Shown: positions 26,991-38,862, counted from the stretch's first letter. The stretch is DNA of 64,000 bases from an uncultured Bacteroidales bacterium (GCA_964649975.1 CAZYSM010000009.1:478-64477); one strand, 5' to 3'. Notes: generated by a model not told the origin, from the letters alone. Program-made: numbers and translations.

Positions 26991-27542
26991 ATGGCTGAAT
27001 TTATTCCTTTTGATGAAAATGTTGAAGTGCTCGGTACAGTTGTGAAAAATATTACTAAGTCTATTGACGTTATTTTTGAAAAACAGATGCTTAATATATT
27101 ACGGATGTTTGATATTATAGAAGTTGATGAGGAAAAATGGTATCCATTGACTAATTTGCTCAAAGCTTTAAAATATATTAATGATGAGATAGGTCCAAAC
27201 ACCTTGTTTGCTATTGGTAAAGGTATTCCTAAAAATGCTATATTCCCAGAAGGTATTGATAATCTGGAGAAAGCATTAAATAGTATAGATGAGGCATATC
27301 ATATGAACCACAGAGGTGGTGAGATAGGTTATTACAAACTTGTGGAATTTGATAGAGATGCTCGTCATGCTATTATGGAATGTTATAATCCTTATCCGCA
27401 TCATTTTGATAGAGGGCTTATTACTTCAATGACAAGGCGTTTTCTTCCTGAGGATTCTATTTTTATTGAAGTGGTTGCCGATACTTCTCGGCCCACCAGA
27501 TTGGAAGGTGCTGACAAGGATTGGTTTATTGTTAAATGGTAA
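26991..27542 (+). CDS. Hypothetical protein, V4R/H-NOX-associated-like fold
   Basis: WYP, IGPNTLFAIGK.IP.NA.FP, AYHMNHRGGEIG.Y, CYNPYP..FDRG; recognised from memory of the family. Confidence 0.6.
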   Translation: MAEFIPFDENVEVLGTVVKNITKSIDVIFEKQMLNILRMFDIIEVDEEKWYPLTNLLKALKYINDEIGPNTLFAIGKGIPKNAIFPEGIDNLEKALNSIDEAYHMNHRGGEIGYYKLVEFDRDARHAIMECYNPYPHHFDRGLITSMTRRFLPEDSIFIEVVADTSRPTRLEGADKDWFIVKW

Positions 27543-27554
27543 AAAGAAATTGGT

Positions 27555-29069
27555 ATGAAAAAGATATTTTTTATTGTTTCAATAATTTTTGTTGTGTCCG
27601 CCTTTTTCCTTGGTTGTAAAAAGACCAAGCAGGATATTATTGTATGGCGGCATATTAGTCCCAAAAATATGGTTAATGGCTATGGGGCCTATCATTTTAT
27701 TTTGGCTGACCCCGATTCTGTACTTTATAGCGGAATACATGTTGCACGTCTTAAAGCCCATATATTCAATATTCCGGATACTGTGGAGATTATAAAATTC
27801 GGACATATATGGTCGCAGGTTAATCCTAATCCTACACTTGCCACTGCTTCGGTTGTTAATACAAGTGATTCTGTGAGCTTTTCTCCAGGCGACTCCGCAA
27901 TTACTTATATATCCGATCTTGATGGCTTGCAGCTGGATACAGGATATTATGCCCGTAGCTTCTTGATTTTTAAAGAACTTAATTCTGGTCAGATAGATAC
28001 TGCTTATAATCAGGTCGTTACTCACTTCCGTACGGCTGTGCCTAAGGATATATGGTTCTATCGCGGGGTGATGAAACAGGGTGGTGCTCCATTGGACTCA
28101 AGAACCGAAGCGGTTGTTGTACAGGTTTATGATGCTCAAAATGACGCCTATAAAGTTTATATGGGCACAGGATTTAATGGATATACTTTATTGGATGATT
28201 TTTATAGCTACGATCCGGAAAATAATACCTGGACCCAGGTGTCTGATTTCCAGGGTGGCCCAAGGTATAAAGCCGTGGCTTTTGCTATTGGTAATTATAT
28301 TTATGTAGGCACGGGTAAATATAATCTCAGCGACACCTCTTATTCAGGAGATTTTTATAAGTATTTCTATCCTGCTAATAGATGGATTAGGAGTACTGGT
28401 ATGCCTGAGAATACCGAGCGTTTTGACGCTATTGGATTTTCCATTTATTATAATAATCAATGGTGGGGCTATGTAGGTTTTGGCAGGAGGGCTACAGTAC
28501 GCTCCGACGTATATATTTATGACCCGACAAAAGATTCTGATACCGGATATGTGGATCCATACCGTGTATGGACATTGAAGAGTTTTGGTATTGACGGCCG
28601 TACCGAAGCCGTGGCCATCTCTAATGGTACTATTGCTTTCCTTGGAGGGGGAAAGGATGCTAGCGGACAACCTCTTAATGATTATTATCTGTTTGACCCT
28701 AATATTGACCCGAATAATTTTAATAAAATCCTGGCTTCTGTCCCGTTTTATCCGCGTTATGATGCTGTGGCTAATTATGTGGAATTTACCAGGGATGGAC
28801 AATTGCATAAATATTTCTTTTTGGGTACTGGTAAGTCAGATGATAATACCTATTATAACGACTGGTATGCTTATGACCTGAAGAACGGTGTTTGGCTTAC
28901 CAAAAGCCATATCCATGAGGACTTCCTTGAGGGTTCGCCACGCGCGGGTGCGATATGTTTTGTAGTTAAGAAACAGCAAGTGGAACACGGTCTGAAAGTA
29001 CGCATTTTTGTCGGTGGCGGAAATTATAAAAATCAAATACTTAATGACATCTGGGAATATCTACCATAA
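27555..29069 (+). CDS. Kelch-repeat lipoprotein
   Basis: Lipobox FLGC; repeats such as YMGTG...DFYSYDP..NTW, YVGTG, YVGFG, FLGGG, FVGGG...DIWEY. Confidence 0.88.
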   Translation: MKKIFFIVSIIFVVSAFFLGCKKTKQDIIVWRHISPKNMVNGYGAYHFILADPDSVLYSGIHVARLKAHIFNIPDTVEIIKFGHIWSQVNPNPTLATASVVNTSDSVSFSPGDSAITYISDLDGLQLDTGYYARSFLIFKELNSGQIDTAYNQVVTHFRTAVPKDIWFYRGVMKQGGAPLDSRTEAVVVQVYDAQNDAYKVYMGTGFNGYTLLDDFYSYDPENNTWTQVSDFQGGPRYKAVAFAIGNYIYVGTGKYNLSDTSYSGDFYKYFYPANRWIRSTGMPENTERFDAIGFSIYYNNQWWGYVGFGRRATVRSDVYIYDPTKDSDTGYVDPYRVWTLKSFGIDGRTEAVAISNGTIAFLGGGKDASGQPLNDYYLFDPNIDPNNFNKILASVPFYPRYDAVANYVEFTRDGQLHKYFFLGTGKSDDNTYYNDWYAYDLKNGVWLTKSHIHEDFLEGSPRAGAICFVVKKQQVEHGLKVRIFVGGGNYKNQILNDIWEYLP

Positions 29070-29086
29070 TAAAAAACTTTTTATCT

Positions 29087-29875
29087 ATGAAACGGACTGC
29101 TTTTTCTATAATAATATTACTACTTTTTAGCTTTTATGGCTTTGGGCAAAGTCAGAAAAATGAATATCGTTATCTATCTATAAAGCTTGGGCTTGTCAGT
29201 AGTATTGTCCCTTTGCCAGAAAGTAATCCTTATCTGTTGGCCCGTACGCCTTTTGGTGATATGGCTATGCAAGCGGTAAGGACTGTTAATTATACGCCTG
29301 GTGGCACTTTCGGACTGTTATACCATATTGATGCTAAGAATGATATGTTCGGAATTGTATTTGGTGCACAGATACAGAATTACGGTTATTCCGTTAAGTA
29401 TATGACTGTGGATTCCAACTTTTTTACTCAGGATCAATATCGTTTTACTTCTGTGGTTATTCCATTCTTTATTAAATACAATCCAAGGAATCTTTTTGTT
29501 AATCAAGTATATATGACTGTAGGACTTAAGCAATATGTCAATATCCTTGCGCAAAACTATCAGACTTCTACATGGAATCAGGCTTATAATGTACGTAGTT
29601 TGCCCGGACCTGAATTTCATCGTATTTCCACTGCTGCATTTTTCGGTTTGAACTTTAATGTTTTTTATCTTGATGTTGATTACGTCTTTAACGGAGTAAT
29701 AAATAAGAATTATAAAACGCTTACTTCTGAAGGGGTTGTGTCGCCATATCAGAATGTGAATTACAAAATGAAATTTTATATTACAACAGGATTGCATTTG
29801 CCACTAAACCGCTGGTTGACTGCACGTAATTGGACTGCCGAAAAAATCAGGCGACTGTTTAATCCTGTCAGATAA
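29087..29875 (+). CDS. Outer-membrane beta-barrel protein (PorT/OMP_b-brl-like)
   Basis: Signal peptide and alternating aromatic/hydrophobic strands. Confidence 0.6.
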   Translation: MKRTAFSIIILLLFSFYGFGQSQKNEYRYLSIKLGLVSSIVPLPESNPYLLARTPFGDMAMQAVRTVNYTPGGTFGLLYHIDAKNDMFGIVFGAQIQNYGYSVKYMTVDSNFFTQDQYRFTSVVIPFFIKYNPRNLFVNQVYMTVGLKQYVNILAQNYQTSTWNQAYNVRSLPGPEFHRISTAAFFGLNFNVFYLDVDYVFNGVINKNYKTLTSEGVVSPYQNVNYKMKFYITTGLHLPLNRWLTARNWTAEKIRRLFNPVR

Positions 29876-29929
29876 TCTTTTTACCCTCGGAAAAATTTTT
29901 TCCGGGGGTAATTTTTAAATACGGATGCC

Positions 29930-31303
29930 ATGAGAAAAACTATTTTCCTTGCTTTTATTTTCTTGCCTTTTGTGGTTTTTTCCCAGCACAGGAGTATTAA
30001 TGACTTGCTCGTAAATGCAATTATGAATAACAACAAGGACTCTGTGGCATTGCTTCTTAGCCAGGGGGCCAATCCTAATTATGAAAATGAATACGGTGTT
30101 ACTCCTTTGATGTTTGCTGTAGAAAATGCCAATTATGATATTATATCACTATTGTTGAATAAAGGCGCGGATATTAATAAAGTGCCTCCTTATGACCCGC
30201 CAGTATTGTCTTTTGCTGTAATGAACTATCAGGATTCTGTGCTGTCTCTATTACTGGATCGTGGTGCTAATCCGGATATTGCTGATTATTCCGGTCGTAC
30301 ACCCCTTTACTATGCTATTATCTACGGAAATCTTTATGCTGCCGACCAGCTATTATTCCACGGCGCTAATCCGGATACTCTTATTCTGGGCTGGACACCT
30401 TTGGAATTAGCTTCTTACTACAATGATACTGTAATGGTAAACATGTTGGTGTACTACGGAGCCGATGTTAACCGCCAGGATGATACCGGGTTTACAGCTT
30501 TACATGTGGCAGCTCAGTATGACTGTCTTCTTGCAGCTAAAGCTTTGAAAAAAAATGGGGCAAGAATTGATATTCTGGATAATAATCTGGCCTCTCCTGT
30601 GGATATTGCTGTGTATCAGCGTAGTTATCCTACGTTTGAATTTTTATTGAAACAAAAACCTGCTTTTGATAATTTTGTTGACCAACATTTTGATACTTAC
30701 CAACTTAGTATTTTAGCACAGAATTATAAAGCAAAAAGATTACTGAAAAATTCAGGCTTTGCTCATAGATTTTATGCATTGGATTATCTTATTTCAATAA
30801 ATCAATCATTGGGCTGGGCCGATTATTTTGTGGGTTTATCTTTAGGTCTTAAAGAATTAAATACAAATGTAGAATGGCAGGTGGGCTTTGATAAGCGGAT
30901 TTTTGATAAAAGGGTTATGTTTGAAACCGGAGAAAATTCCTATTTGCAGCTATGGGAAAGGCGCTGGAGTGTTTTTTCAGAGTTAGATAAAAGTTTTTAT
31001 ATTGGAAGTTCTGGCAGGGTTAATCATTATCTGGGTTTGGGGCTTAGAGCCATGGTTAGTTATGCGGATTATCACGGTAGTTTCCGCAGAAGTACGGACA
31101 GATTTTTATCACCTGTTCTGATTTATTCGCTTGATTATTATCGTTTTATGACAGGATTGAAATTTTATTATATGTCAATGCCGTATGTCCAAAAAGTGCC
31201 CGTTTATATGAATTTTTTCCTGGCATATCGTTTGCCCGCTACTTATCACCTGACAATAGGTCTAAAGAAAAAGTCGCCTGTGATTTATGGAAGGAACTTT
31301 TAG
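29930..31303 (+). CDS. Secreted ankyrin-repeat protein with aromatic beta-rich C-terminal domain
   Basis: Signal peptide; G.TPL..A, LL..GA.[PIV][ND] repeats; C-terminal amphipathic beta strands. Confidence 0.85.
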   Translation: MRKTIFLAFIFLPFVVFSQHRSINDLLVNAIMNNNKDSVALLLSQGANPNYENEYGVTPLMFAVENANYDIISLLLNKGADINKVPPYDPPVLSFAVMNYQDSVLSLLLDRGANPDIADYSGRTPLYYAIIYGNLYAADQLLFHGANPDTLILGWTPLELASYYNDTVMVNMLVYYGADVNRQDDTGFTALHVAAQYDCLLAAKALKKNGARIDILDNNLASPVDIAVYQRSYPTFEFLLKQKPAFDNFVDQHFDTYQLSILAQNYKAKRLLKNSGFAHRFYALDYLISINQSLGWADYFVGLSLGLKELNTNVEWQVGFDKRIFDKRVMFETGENSYLQLWERRWSVFSELDKSFYIGSSGRVNHYLGLGLRAMVSYADYHGSFRRSTDRFLSPVLIYSLDYYRFMTGLKFYYMSMPYVQKVPVYMNFFLAYRLPATYHLTIGLKKKSPVIYGRNF

Positions 31304-31991
31304 ACTAAAGCGCTTTGAAGTTTTGTATAACGACAGGGTTTTTAAAATCACTACTGATAGTATCTTACTGGGCGCCTATGCAGATTGCAATGAAGCCCGC
31401 ACAATTCTGGATTTAGGCTGTGGTACAGGTATTATTTCTTTAATATTGGCTCAGAAAAATCCTCTGGCACGTATTTATGGCATTGATATTTCACGTGAGG
31501 CTTTTAATCTGTGTTCCAAAAATTTTTCTCTTTCCCCCTGGGCTGATAGATTGGAAGCCTTATATGGTGATATATCAGCTTATGACTTTGCCGGGATGAA
31601 ATTTGATTGTATTATTTCCAATCCTCCGTATTTTCAGAATTCTTTACTTTCGGATGCAGATACAGATAGGACAGCCCGTCATGATATTAAGCTGGATTAT
31701 AAAACATTATCCACAAGTATAGCTAATTTACTTTCCGACTGTGGATATGCATATATAATAATTCCGTATGATAACTTTGATATGTTAAATCAAGCTTTTA
31801 ACTTTGAATACCTATTTTGTAGGGAGAAAGTGTTGATTTTTTCTGTACAGGGTAAAAAGCCCAAAAGGGTTATTTTGAAGTTTGGAAAGGGAATAAGTAA
31901 ATGTCAGGAAAAATCTATTTTTATAAGGCATGGAAAAGAGTTTTCACAACAATACATTAATTTGACAAAAGATTTTTATATTAACTTTTAA
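31287..31991 (+). CDS. yfiC: tRNA1(Val) (adenine37-N6)-methyltransferase (TrmN6/YfiC family)
   Basis: K.TTDSILLGA, LDLGCGTG, ISNPPYF, R.ARH. Confidence 0.9.
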   Translation: MEGTFRLKRFEVLYNDRVFKITTDSILLGAYADCNEARTILDLGCGTGIISLILAQKNPLARIYGIDISREAFNLCSKNFSLSPWADRLEALYGDISAYDFAGMKFDCIISNPPYFQNSLLSDADTDRTARHDIKLDYKTLSTSIANLLSDCGYAYIIIPYDNFDMLNQAFNFEYLFCREKVLIFSVQGKKPKRVILKFGKGISKCQEKSIFIRHGKEFSQQYINLTKDFYINF

Positions 31992-32001
31992 AATTATTGA
32001 T

Positions 32002-32553
32002 ATGATTATAGCACAGCAGAAGAAAAGGGAAAATATTGTGGAATATATTCTTTATATGTGGCAGGTTGAAGATATGATTAGAGCTTTGGATTTTGATATG
32101 GAAAAAATAGATCAGTATATAGTTTCTAAATTTGACGTAAAGGATGATACGCGTGAGGCCATGCGTTTTTGGTATGAGAGTTTGATTGAGACTATGAAAA
32201 ATGAGAATGTGGAGGAAAAGGGCCATATACAAGTATTGCAAGGTGTTGTAAAAGACCTTAATGATTTACATATCAGACTGATGAGGTCACCGTTCCATCA
32301 GGATTATCAGCAAGTTTTTAACAAGACTATGCCTTATCTTGCAGAATTTTTTAATAAATCTGAGAAAAGCAGGGAAAATAAATCAGTGATAGAAATTGCG
32401 CTGGAGTTTATGTATGGAATATGGATGCTGAAATTGAAAAAGCAGCCTATTTCGCAGGGTACCCAGGAGGCAGCTAATCAGGTGAGCGATTTTTTGTCTT
32501 TACTGGCTCTGAAATATCATCAATTTGAAACAGATGAAGATTTTTCCATCTAA
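32002..32553 (+). CDS. DUF4924 family protein
   Basis: MIIAQQKKRENIVEYILYMWQVEDMIRA, E.V.EKGHIQ. Confidence 0.9.
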   Translation: MIIAQQKKRENIVEYILYMWQVEDMIRALDFDMEKIDQYIVSKFDVKDDTREAMRFWYESLIETMKNENVEEKGHIQVLQGVVKDLNDLHIRLMRSPFHQDYQQVFNKTMPYLAEFFNKSEKSRENKSVIEIALEFMYGIWMLKLKKQPISQGTQEAANQVSDFLSLLALKYHQFETDEDFSI

Positions 32554-32564
32554 AAATTATAATT

Positions 32565-32921
32565 ATGTATAATTTTTTAGTAGTTGACAATTCTACGACT
32601 GTTCTGGACGTAATGGAGTTTACTCTGGAAAAATTTAATTATGCAGTGTTTTCTGCAACTACTTCCGGAGAAATATTTGATATTTTACATAATTATAAAA
32701 TTGATGTAGTTTTGCTTAATGATGAGGTAGAGGATGTTAGCGGTATAGATATTGCAAGGAAAATTAAGCAAACTTATGATACAATCGTTTTGATTATGAG
32801 CTACAGCCAGAACTTGAATGAGAAATTGAAAGCCAAAGAGGCGGGTGTTAGTGGATGGGTGGTTAAACCTTTTATCCCAGAGCGCCTGGTCAAAATAATT
32901 ATAAAAACTTTCTTTGCATAA
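32565..32921 (+). CDS. Single-domain CheY-like receiver (phosphoacceptor position appears to be Asn)
   Basis: FLVVDNS, DVVLLNDEVEDVSG, AKEAGVSGWVVKPF.PE. Confidence 0.88.
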   Translation: MYNFLVVDNSTTVLDVMEFTLEKFNYAVFSATTSGEIFDILHNYKIDVVLLNDEVEDVSGIDIARKIKQTYDTIVLIMSYSQNLNEKLKAKEAGVSGWVVKPFIPERLVKIIIKTFFA

Positions 32922-32992
32922 ATTGCTAAAATCTTTATTGTGAATATCTCTTATTTTTTTAAATTTGTAAATAATGGGAAAAGTCCACGAAA

Positions 32993-35278
32993 ATGAAAAA
33001 AACTGACGCGAAAGTATTGAGTATATCCAAAATATTCCCTTCTTACACTGGATTGATTACTATTGCAGCGGTATTATATGTATTTCTGTTTATCTTTTTG
33101 TATTTCTATTTGCTTAAAACACCTATAACTTTTGGAACTTTTTGGGATTTTCATCTCAGGCATCCTGTTTTATTTTATGTGGAGATCTTACCTTTCCTTG
33201 TTTATTTCTTTACTGTTTATGTTATTAATGATTTTACCCGTCAGGTCAGGGATATTGAGGAGGACGTAATCTGGCTTAATGCAAAAAATCGTGCTATTTA
33301 CAATTTTGTTGAGCAATTGCGTAGAGGAAATACTGAAGTGAATTTCAGTAATGAGTTTTTGCAAGACAGAGTTATTCAGTCTCTGGTATTATTGCGTGAC
33401 GAGATAAAACGTTCGCGTATTGAGGAGGAAAAACGTCGTAAAGAGGAACAGCAGCGTAACTGGATTAACAAAGGATTAGCTGAGTTTAGTACTATCTTGC
33501 GTGAAAATGTGGATGATCTCAATAAACTTGCGGAAAAGGTTACCAGCTACCTCACCAAATATATGGATGCCAAACAGGCAGCCTTTTTCATTGTAACCGA
33601 GGAAAAAGGAGATAAGTTCCTGGATATGATAGCCTTTTTTGCTTATGATAGAAAGAAGTTTCCGGACAAAAGACTTATCTGGGGCGAAGGACTTATCGGG
33701 GCTGCTGCTATAGAAAAAAATATTTTGGTACTCAATGATACTACTGAAAATTTCGTGGAAGTTACATCTGGTCTGGGAGGGGCTAATCCCCGGGCTATCC
33801 TTATATCACCATTGATTGATGACGACGAAGTGGTTCATGGTGTACTTGAGCTGGCTTCTTTCAATAAATTTGAGCAATATCATGTAGAGTTTATAGAACA
33901 GGTATCCAAGAGTATTGCTTCTACCATCGCTAATATTAAGCGAAATCTCCAGACCCAGCAGCTGCTTAAAGAATCTCAGGAACAGGCTGAGATTCTTGCC
34001 AAGCAGGAAGAGAGGATGCGTCGCAATATGGAGGAATTACAGGCATTGCAGCAGGAGGCAGCTAAACAAAGTGAAGAGTTTATCAGTTTCACCAATTCTG
34101 TTAATAAGGCTTTCCTGAGAGCAGAATTTTCTAATGACGGTTTTTTGATTTATGCTAACGAGAATTTTGTTAATGCCCTGGGATATAGAGATTATTTTGA
34201 AATTGCTAACAAGCATTTTACCGTATTTTTGATTGAAACCGAGCGTGAGAGTTTTGATACTTTATGGCAGGATATCGTTGAAAATGGTAATGTTGTTGAC
34301 AGGGACATGCATTTTGTGACTTATGATGGAAAAGACAGGTGGATTAGCTCAGCTTTGATGCCTGTAAAGACCAAGCAGGGAGAGCTGGTTAAAATATTGT
34401 TCCTTGGGCTGGATAGAACTCAGGAAAAAGAGTTTATTAATGAGCAGCTGGCTGCAATGCATTTTGCCGATAATGTAATTATGCGTCTGGGCCTGGACCT
34501 GAATGGAAACATTATTGAGGTAAATAAGAATTTCCTTGCCCTACTTGGATATAAGCAGGAAGAGATTGTTGATAAGCCTTTTACTGATTTGTTCTCAGTG
34601 GAAGAAGCTCAGGAATTTGGTCTTATATGGCGTAATATCTCCTCTGGAAAGGCACATATTGCAACCCATAAAATTATTACATCCTATAAAACCCATATCT
34701 GGTTAGAAGCTTATTATTTTGCTTATATTGTTGAAAACTCAATCCAGAAGATTATTGTTATTGGACTTGATGTTTCCGATAGAGTCAAAGCTCAGGAGGC
34801 GCTTAGACAAAAAGAGGAAGAGATCAGAACAAAAGACGAGTTGTTTGAGCAGCAGACAGCTAAGTTCAATGAGGAAAAGTCTAAGCTGGAAAGCAAATTG
34901 CAATCCGAACAAACTTTAAGATTCTTATATACAGGTTTATTTGACCAACTGGATCAGGCTGTTGTAATTATTGATGATACCGAACATATTGTTCTGTTTA
35001 ATCGCTATGCCGAAGAGCTATGGAAAGTGAAAAGAGACGTTGTTCTGGGGAAACGTCTTAGTGCTTTGCTGCCAGAATTGCCTGAGGATGTCGGGCTGGA
35101 TGATGTGAATTATTTGCTGGAATATTTCAATGCCACAAAACCTTTGCTTAATACTTCTCGTTTATCTTATATAATAGACAAAGCCGGAAATAGAGTTAAT
35201 GTTGGTATTTACATTGTACGATCAGAATATTCCGGTAAAGCTCTTATAGCTGCTTTTGTTAAAAATATGGAGCTTTGA
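32993..35278 (+). CDS. Membrane GAF - coiled coil - PAS x3 sensory protein without kinase or MCP output domain
   Basis: Two TMs; AYDRKK...GEGLIG.AAIEK...TSGLG.ANP...GVLELAS (GAF); QEERMRRNMEEL; PAS motifs ANENF..ALGY, VNKNFL.LLGY, FNRYAEELW. Confidence 0.85.
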   Translation: MKKTDAKVLSISKIFPSYTGLITIAAVLYVFLFIFLYFYLLKTPITFGTFWDFHLRHPVLFYVEILPFLVYFFTVYVINDFTRQVRDIEEDVIWLNAKNRAIYNFVEQLRRGNTEVNFSNEFLQDRVIQSLVLLRDEIKRSRIEEEKRRKEEQQRNWINKGLAEFSTILRENVDDLNKLAEKVTSYLTKYMDAKQAAFFIVTEEKGDKFLDMIAFFAYDRKKFPDKRLIWGEGLIGAAAIEKNILVLNDTTENFVEVTSGLGGANPRAILISPLIDDDEVVHGVLELASFNKFEQYHVEFIEQVSKSIASTIANIKRNLQTQQLLKESQEQAEILAKQEERMRRNMEELQALQQEAAKQSEEFISFTNSVNKAFLRAEFSNDGFLIYANENFVNALGYRDYFEIANKHFTVFLIETERESFDTLWQDIVENGNVVDRDMHFVTYDGKDRWISSALMPVKTKQGELVKILFLGLDRTQEKEFINEQLAAMHFADNVIMRLGLDLNGNIIEVNKNFLALLGYKQEEIVDKPFTDLFSVEEAQEFGLIWRNISSGKAHIATHKIITSYKTHIWLEAYYFAYIVENSIQKIIVIGLDVSDRVKAQEALRQKEEEIRTKDELFEQQTAKFNEEKSKLESKLQSEQTLRFLYTGLFDQLDQAVVIIDDTEHIVLFNRYAEELWKVKRDVVLGKRLSALLPELPEDVGLDDVNYLLEYFNATKPLLNTSRLSYIIDKAGNRVNVGIYIVRSEYSGKALIAAFVKNMEL

Positions 35279-37425
35279 TGAAGTGGGTTGCCCATATATT
35301 ACTTTTATTGTCTTTGTTATTTTTTTCACTATCCGGGTATGGTCATGATACCCTTGTGCCTCCCTATGCTCAAAAAGGCGTTTTGGATTTGACAGAATGG
35401 AATTTTGATAATGGCGAAGTTAAGCTTATTGGAGAATGGGAGTTTTACTGGCATAAATTATTGACACCTGCTGATTTTAATCCTCAATGGGTGGTGGCGG
35501 ATGCTTATGCATGGGTGCCTTATTATTGGAGTAAAATTACTATAAATGGAAAAAATATTCCAGATACAGGTTATGCAACTTATAGGCTTATAATTCTTTC
35601 CAGAGATAAAGGAAAAGTCTTGAGATTGTATTTTCCGCCGGTTAATTCGTCTTTTAAACTGTGGTGGAACGGTCAGTATTTAGGTGCTTCAGGTAAACCT
35701 GCAGTCTCTTCTTCTGCCTTTATTCCTTCAGTGCATTCTATTACTGCAGATGTTAAATTGGATTACCGTAATGAGCTTATTGTGCAGGTAGCTAATTATG
35801 CTCACCGTGAGGGAGGTTTTTTTACCCCTCCGGTTTTAGGTCTACCTGAGCAAATTTTTGCCAGGGTTAATATAAGCCTGATTATAAGTGCCATACTCTT
35901 TGGGGCTATTTTGATAATGTCCCTTTATAACTTTTTCATTATTTTCTTTTACCGTGGCAGTTTTGCTGCTTTTTCTTTCTTTATTTTTACCTTTTTGCTG
36001 GCTGTGAGGGTATTTATTGTTAATACTGATTTTGTCACCTCTGTATTTCCGAATATGACTTATGATGTTAAGTATAGGATTGAGTATTTTTCGTTCATTC
36101 TCTTGGCTCCTGCCCTGTATTACTATTTTTATCAGGTAATGCGTAGGGATAAATATGTGAGATATGCTTTGATCTTCTTGTTAGCTTATGCTTTTGTTGC
36201 TTCATTAACTCTTTTATGGCCTACACTGACTTTTACCAGATTATTGCCTGTTTTTCAACTTGTTGATATAATTTTTATCGTTTATGGAATTTACTTGATT
36301 ATTAGACATTTAAAGAGAAAAACTCCGGGTATTTCTGTTTTGGCTGTAGCTTTCCTGGTATTATTTGCAGCTGTTATTAATGATATTTTGATGTATATGA
36401 GGGTTATTAATACTATTTCCCTTATGCCTGTTGGAATTTTTGCTTTTGTTCTTGGACAGTCCCTGGTTTTGGCAAAGATTTTTAGTGATACTTTTTATCA
36501 AAATATGAAGTTAAAGGAGGAATTGGAATATAATAACATTCATCTGGAAGATCTGGTCAAGAAACGCACAAAGGAGTTGGAGAGCAAGAGTCGTAAGCTG
36601 GAAAAACAAAATAGGTTACTGGAAGAGCAACGCACTGCTCTGGAGGAGAAAGATTATATTATTACTTCCAGCCTGGAATATGCTTCGGATTTGCAATCTG
36701 CTTTGATGCCGGATATTAATGGATTGAGTAAATATTTTGATTATTTTCTGCTCTTTATGCCTCGGGATATTGTTTCTGGAGACGGATTCTGGTTTAGCGA
36801 TAAGAAGCCTGATTTTATTTATATTGTTCTTTTTGATGCTACTGGGCATGGGGTACCTGCTGCGTTCATTACTATTATTGCTACTTATCTTTTTAATTTT
36901 CTTATTGAAGAAAAACATTTAAAGGAACCTAATAGAATTCTGGACGAGCTGGATGCTGACATGAAAAAGTTTTTAGCCCGGCAGAAAACCGAAGGTATGG
37001 ATGCTACTGTGGTGCAGATAGAGAAAGATAAAGACGAGCCTCAAATTAAATTTGCAAGTGCTAAAATGGATTTGTTTTATTTTAATTCCCGCACCAAGTT
37101 GGTCACCCGTTACCGTGGTACGCGCCGTTCGCTGGGATATGCTGTTATTTCTAAGAATCCGGAAAAGTTTTCAAATACTATTCTTACTTTTCATAAGCAT
37201 GATGTTTTTTATATGACAACCGACGGTTTCATTACTCAGGTTGATAAGAATAAGCATAAGTTTGGAACAAATAATTTTATGGAACTTCTGCAAAAAATTG
37301 GTAGTGAACCCATGGAGGAACAGAAAAAAATCCTGCAGGAAACTATTGTGGAATACCTCGGAGATGAGAAACAAAGGGATGATATTTCCGTGATAGGTAT
37401 AAAAAATTCCCGCCCAAGGGCTTAA
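35275..37425 (+). CDS. 7TM-DISM sensor fused to SpoIIE/PP2C phosphatase
   Basis: A.KGVLDL..W, L.GEWEFYW, GYATYRL, seven TMs; PRDIVSGD, DATGHGVP, GMD, TDG, QRDDISVIG. Confidence 0.9.
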   Translation: MMKWVAHILLLLSLLFFSLSGYGHDTLVPPYAQKGVLDLTEWNFDNGEVKLIGEWEFYWHKLLTPADFNPQWVVADAYAWVPYYWSKITINGKNIPDTGYATYRLIILSRDKGKVLRLYFPPVNSSFKLWWNGQYLGASGKPAVSSSAFIPSVHSITADVKLDYRNELIVQVANYAHREGGFFTPPVLGLPEQIFARVNISLIISAILFGAILIMSLYNFFIIFFYRGSFAAFSFFIFTFLLAVRVFIVNTDFVTSVFPNMTYDVKYRIEYFSFILLAPALYYYFYQVMRRDKYVRYALIFLLAYAFVASLTLLWPTLTFTRLLPVFQLVDIIFIVYGIYLIIRHLKRKTPGISVLAVAFLVLFAAVINDILMYMRVINTISLMPVGIFAFVLGQSLVLAKIFSDTFYQNMKLKEELEYNNIHLEDLVKKRTKELESKSRKLEKQNRLLEEQRTALEEKDYIITSSLEYASDLQSALMPDINGLSKYFDYFLLFMPRDIVSGDGFWFSDKKPDFIYIVLFDATGHGVPAAFITIIATYLFNFLIEEKHLKEPNRILDELDADMKKFLARQKTEGMDATVVQIEKDKDEPQIKFASAKMDLFYFNSRTKLVTRYRGTRRSLGYAVISKNPEKFSNTILTFHKHDVFYMTTDGFITQVDKNKHKFGTNNFMELLQKIGSEPMEEQKKILQETIVEYLGDEKQRDDISVIGIKNSRPRA

Positions 37426-37528
37426 AATTTTTTTTCATAAAAAAACTTTATTCAATCGTTTGCTTAATTTTTTTGTCTTTTAGCAAGATAAAAATGTTAA
37501 ATTTGTTTTGTAATTCTTAAACATTTAA

Positions 37529-38824
<1,296 letters not shown>

Positions 38825-38830
38825 ATTTAT

Positions 38831-38862
38831 AAAAAAGGTCGGTCTCCTGGCCGGCCTTTTTT
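38831..38862 (+). terminator. Intrinsic terminator after eno
   Basis: AAAAAAGGTCGG/CCGGCCTTTTTT stem. Confidence 0.8.
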
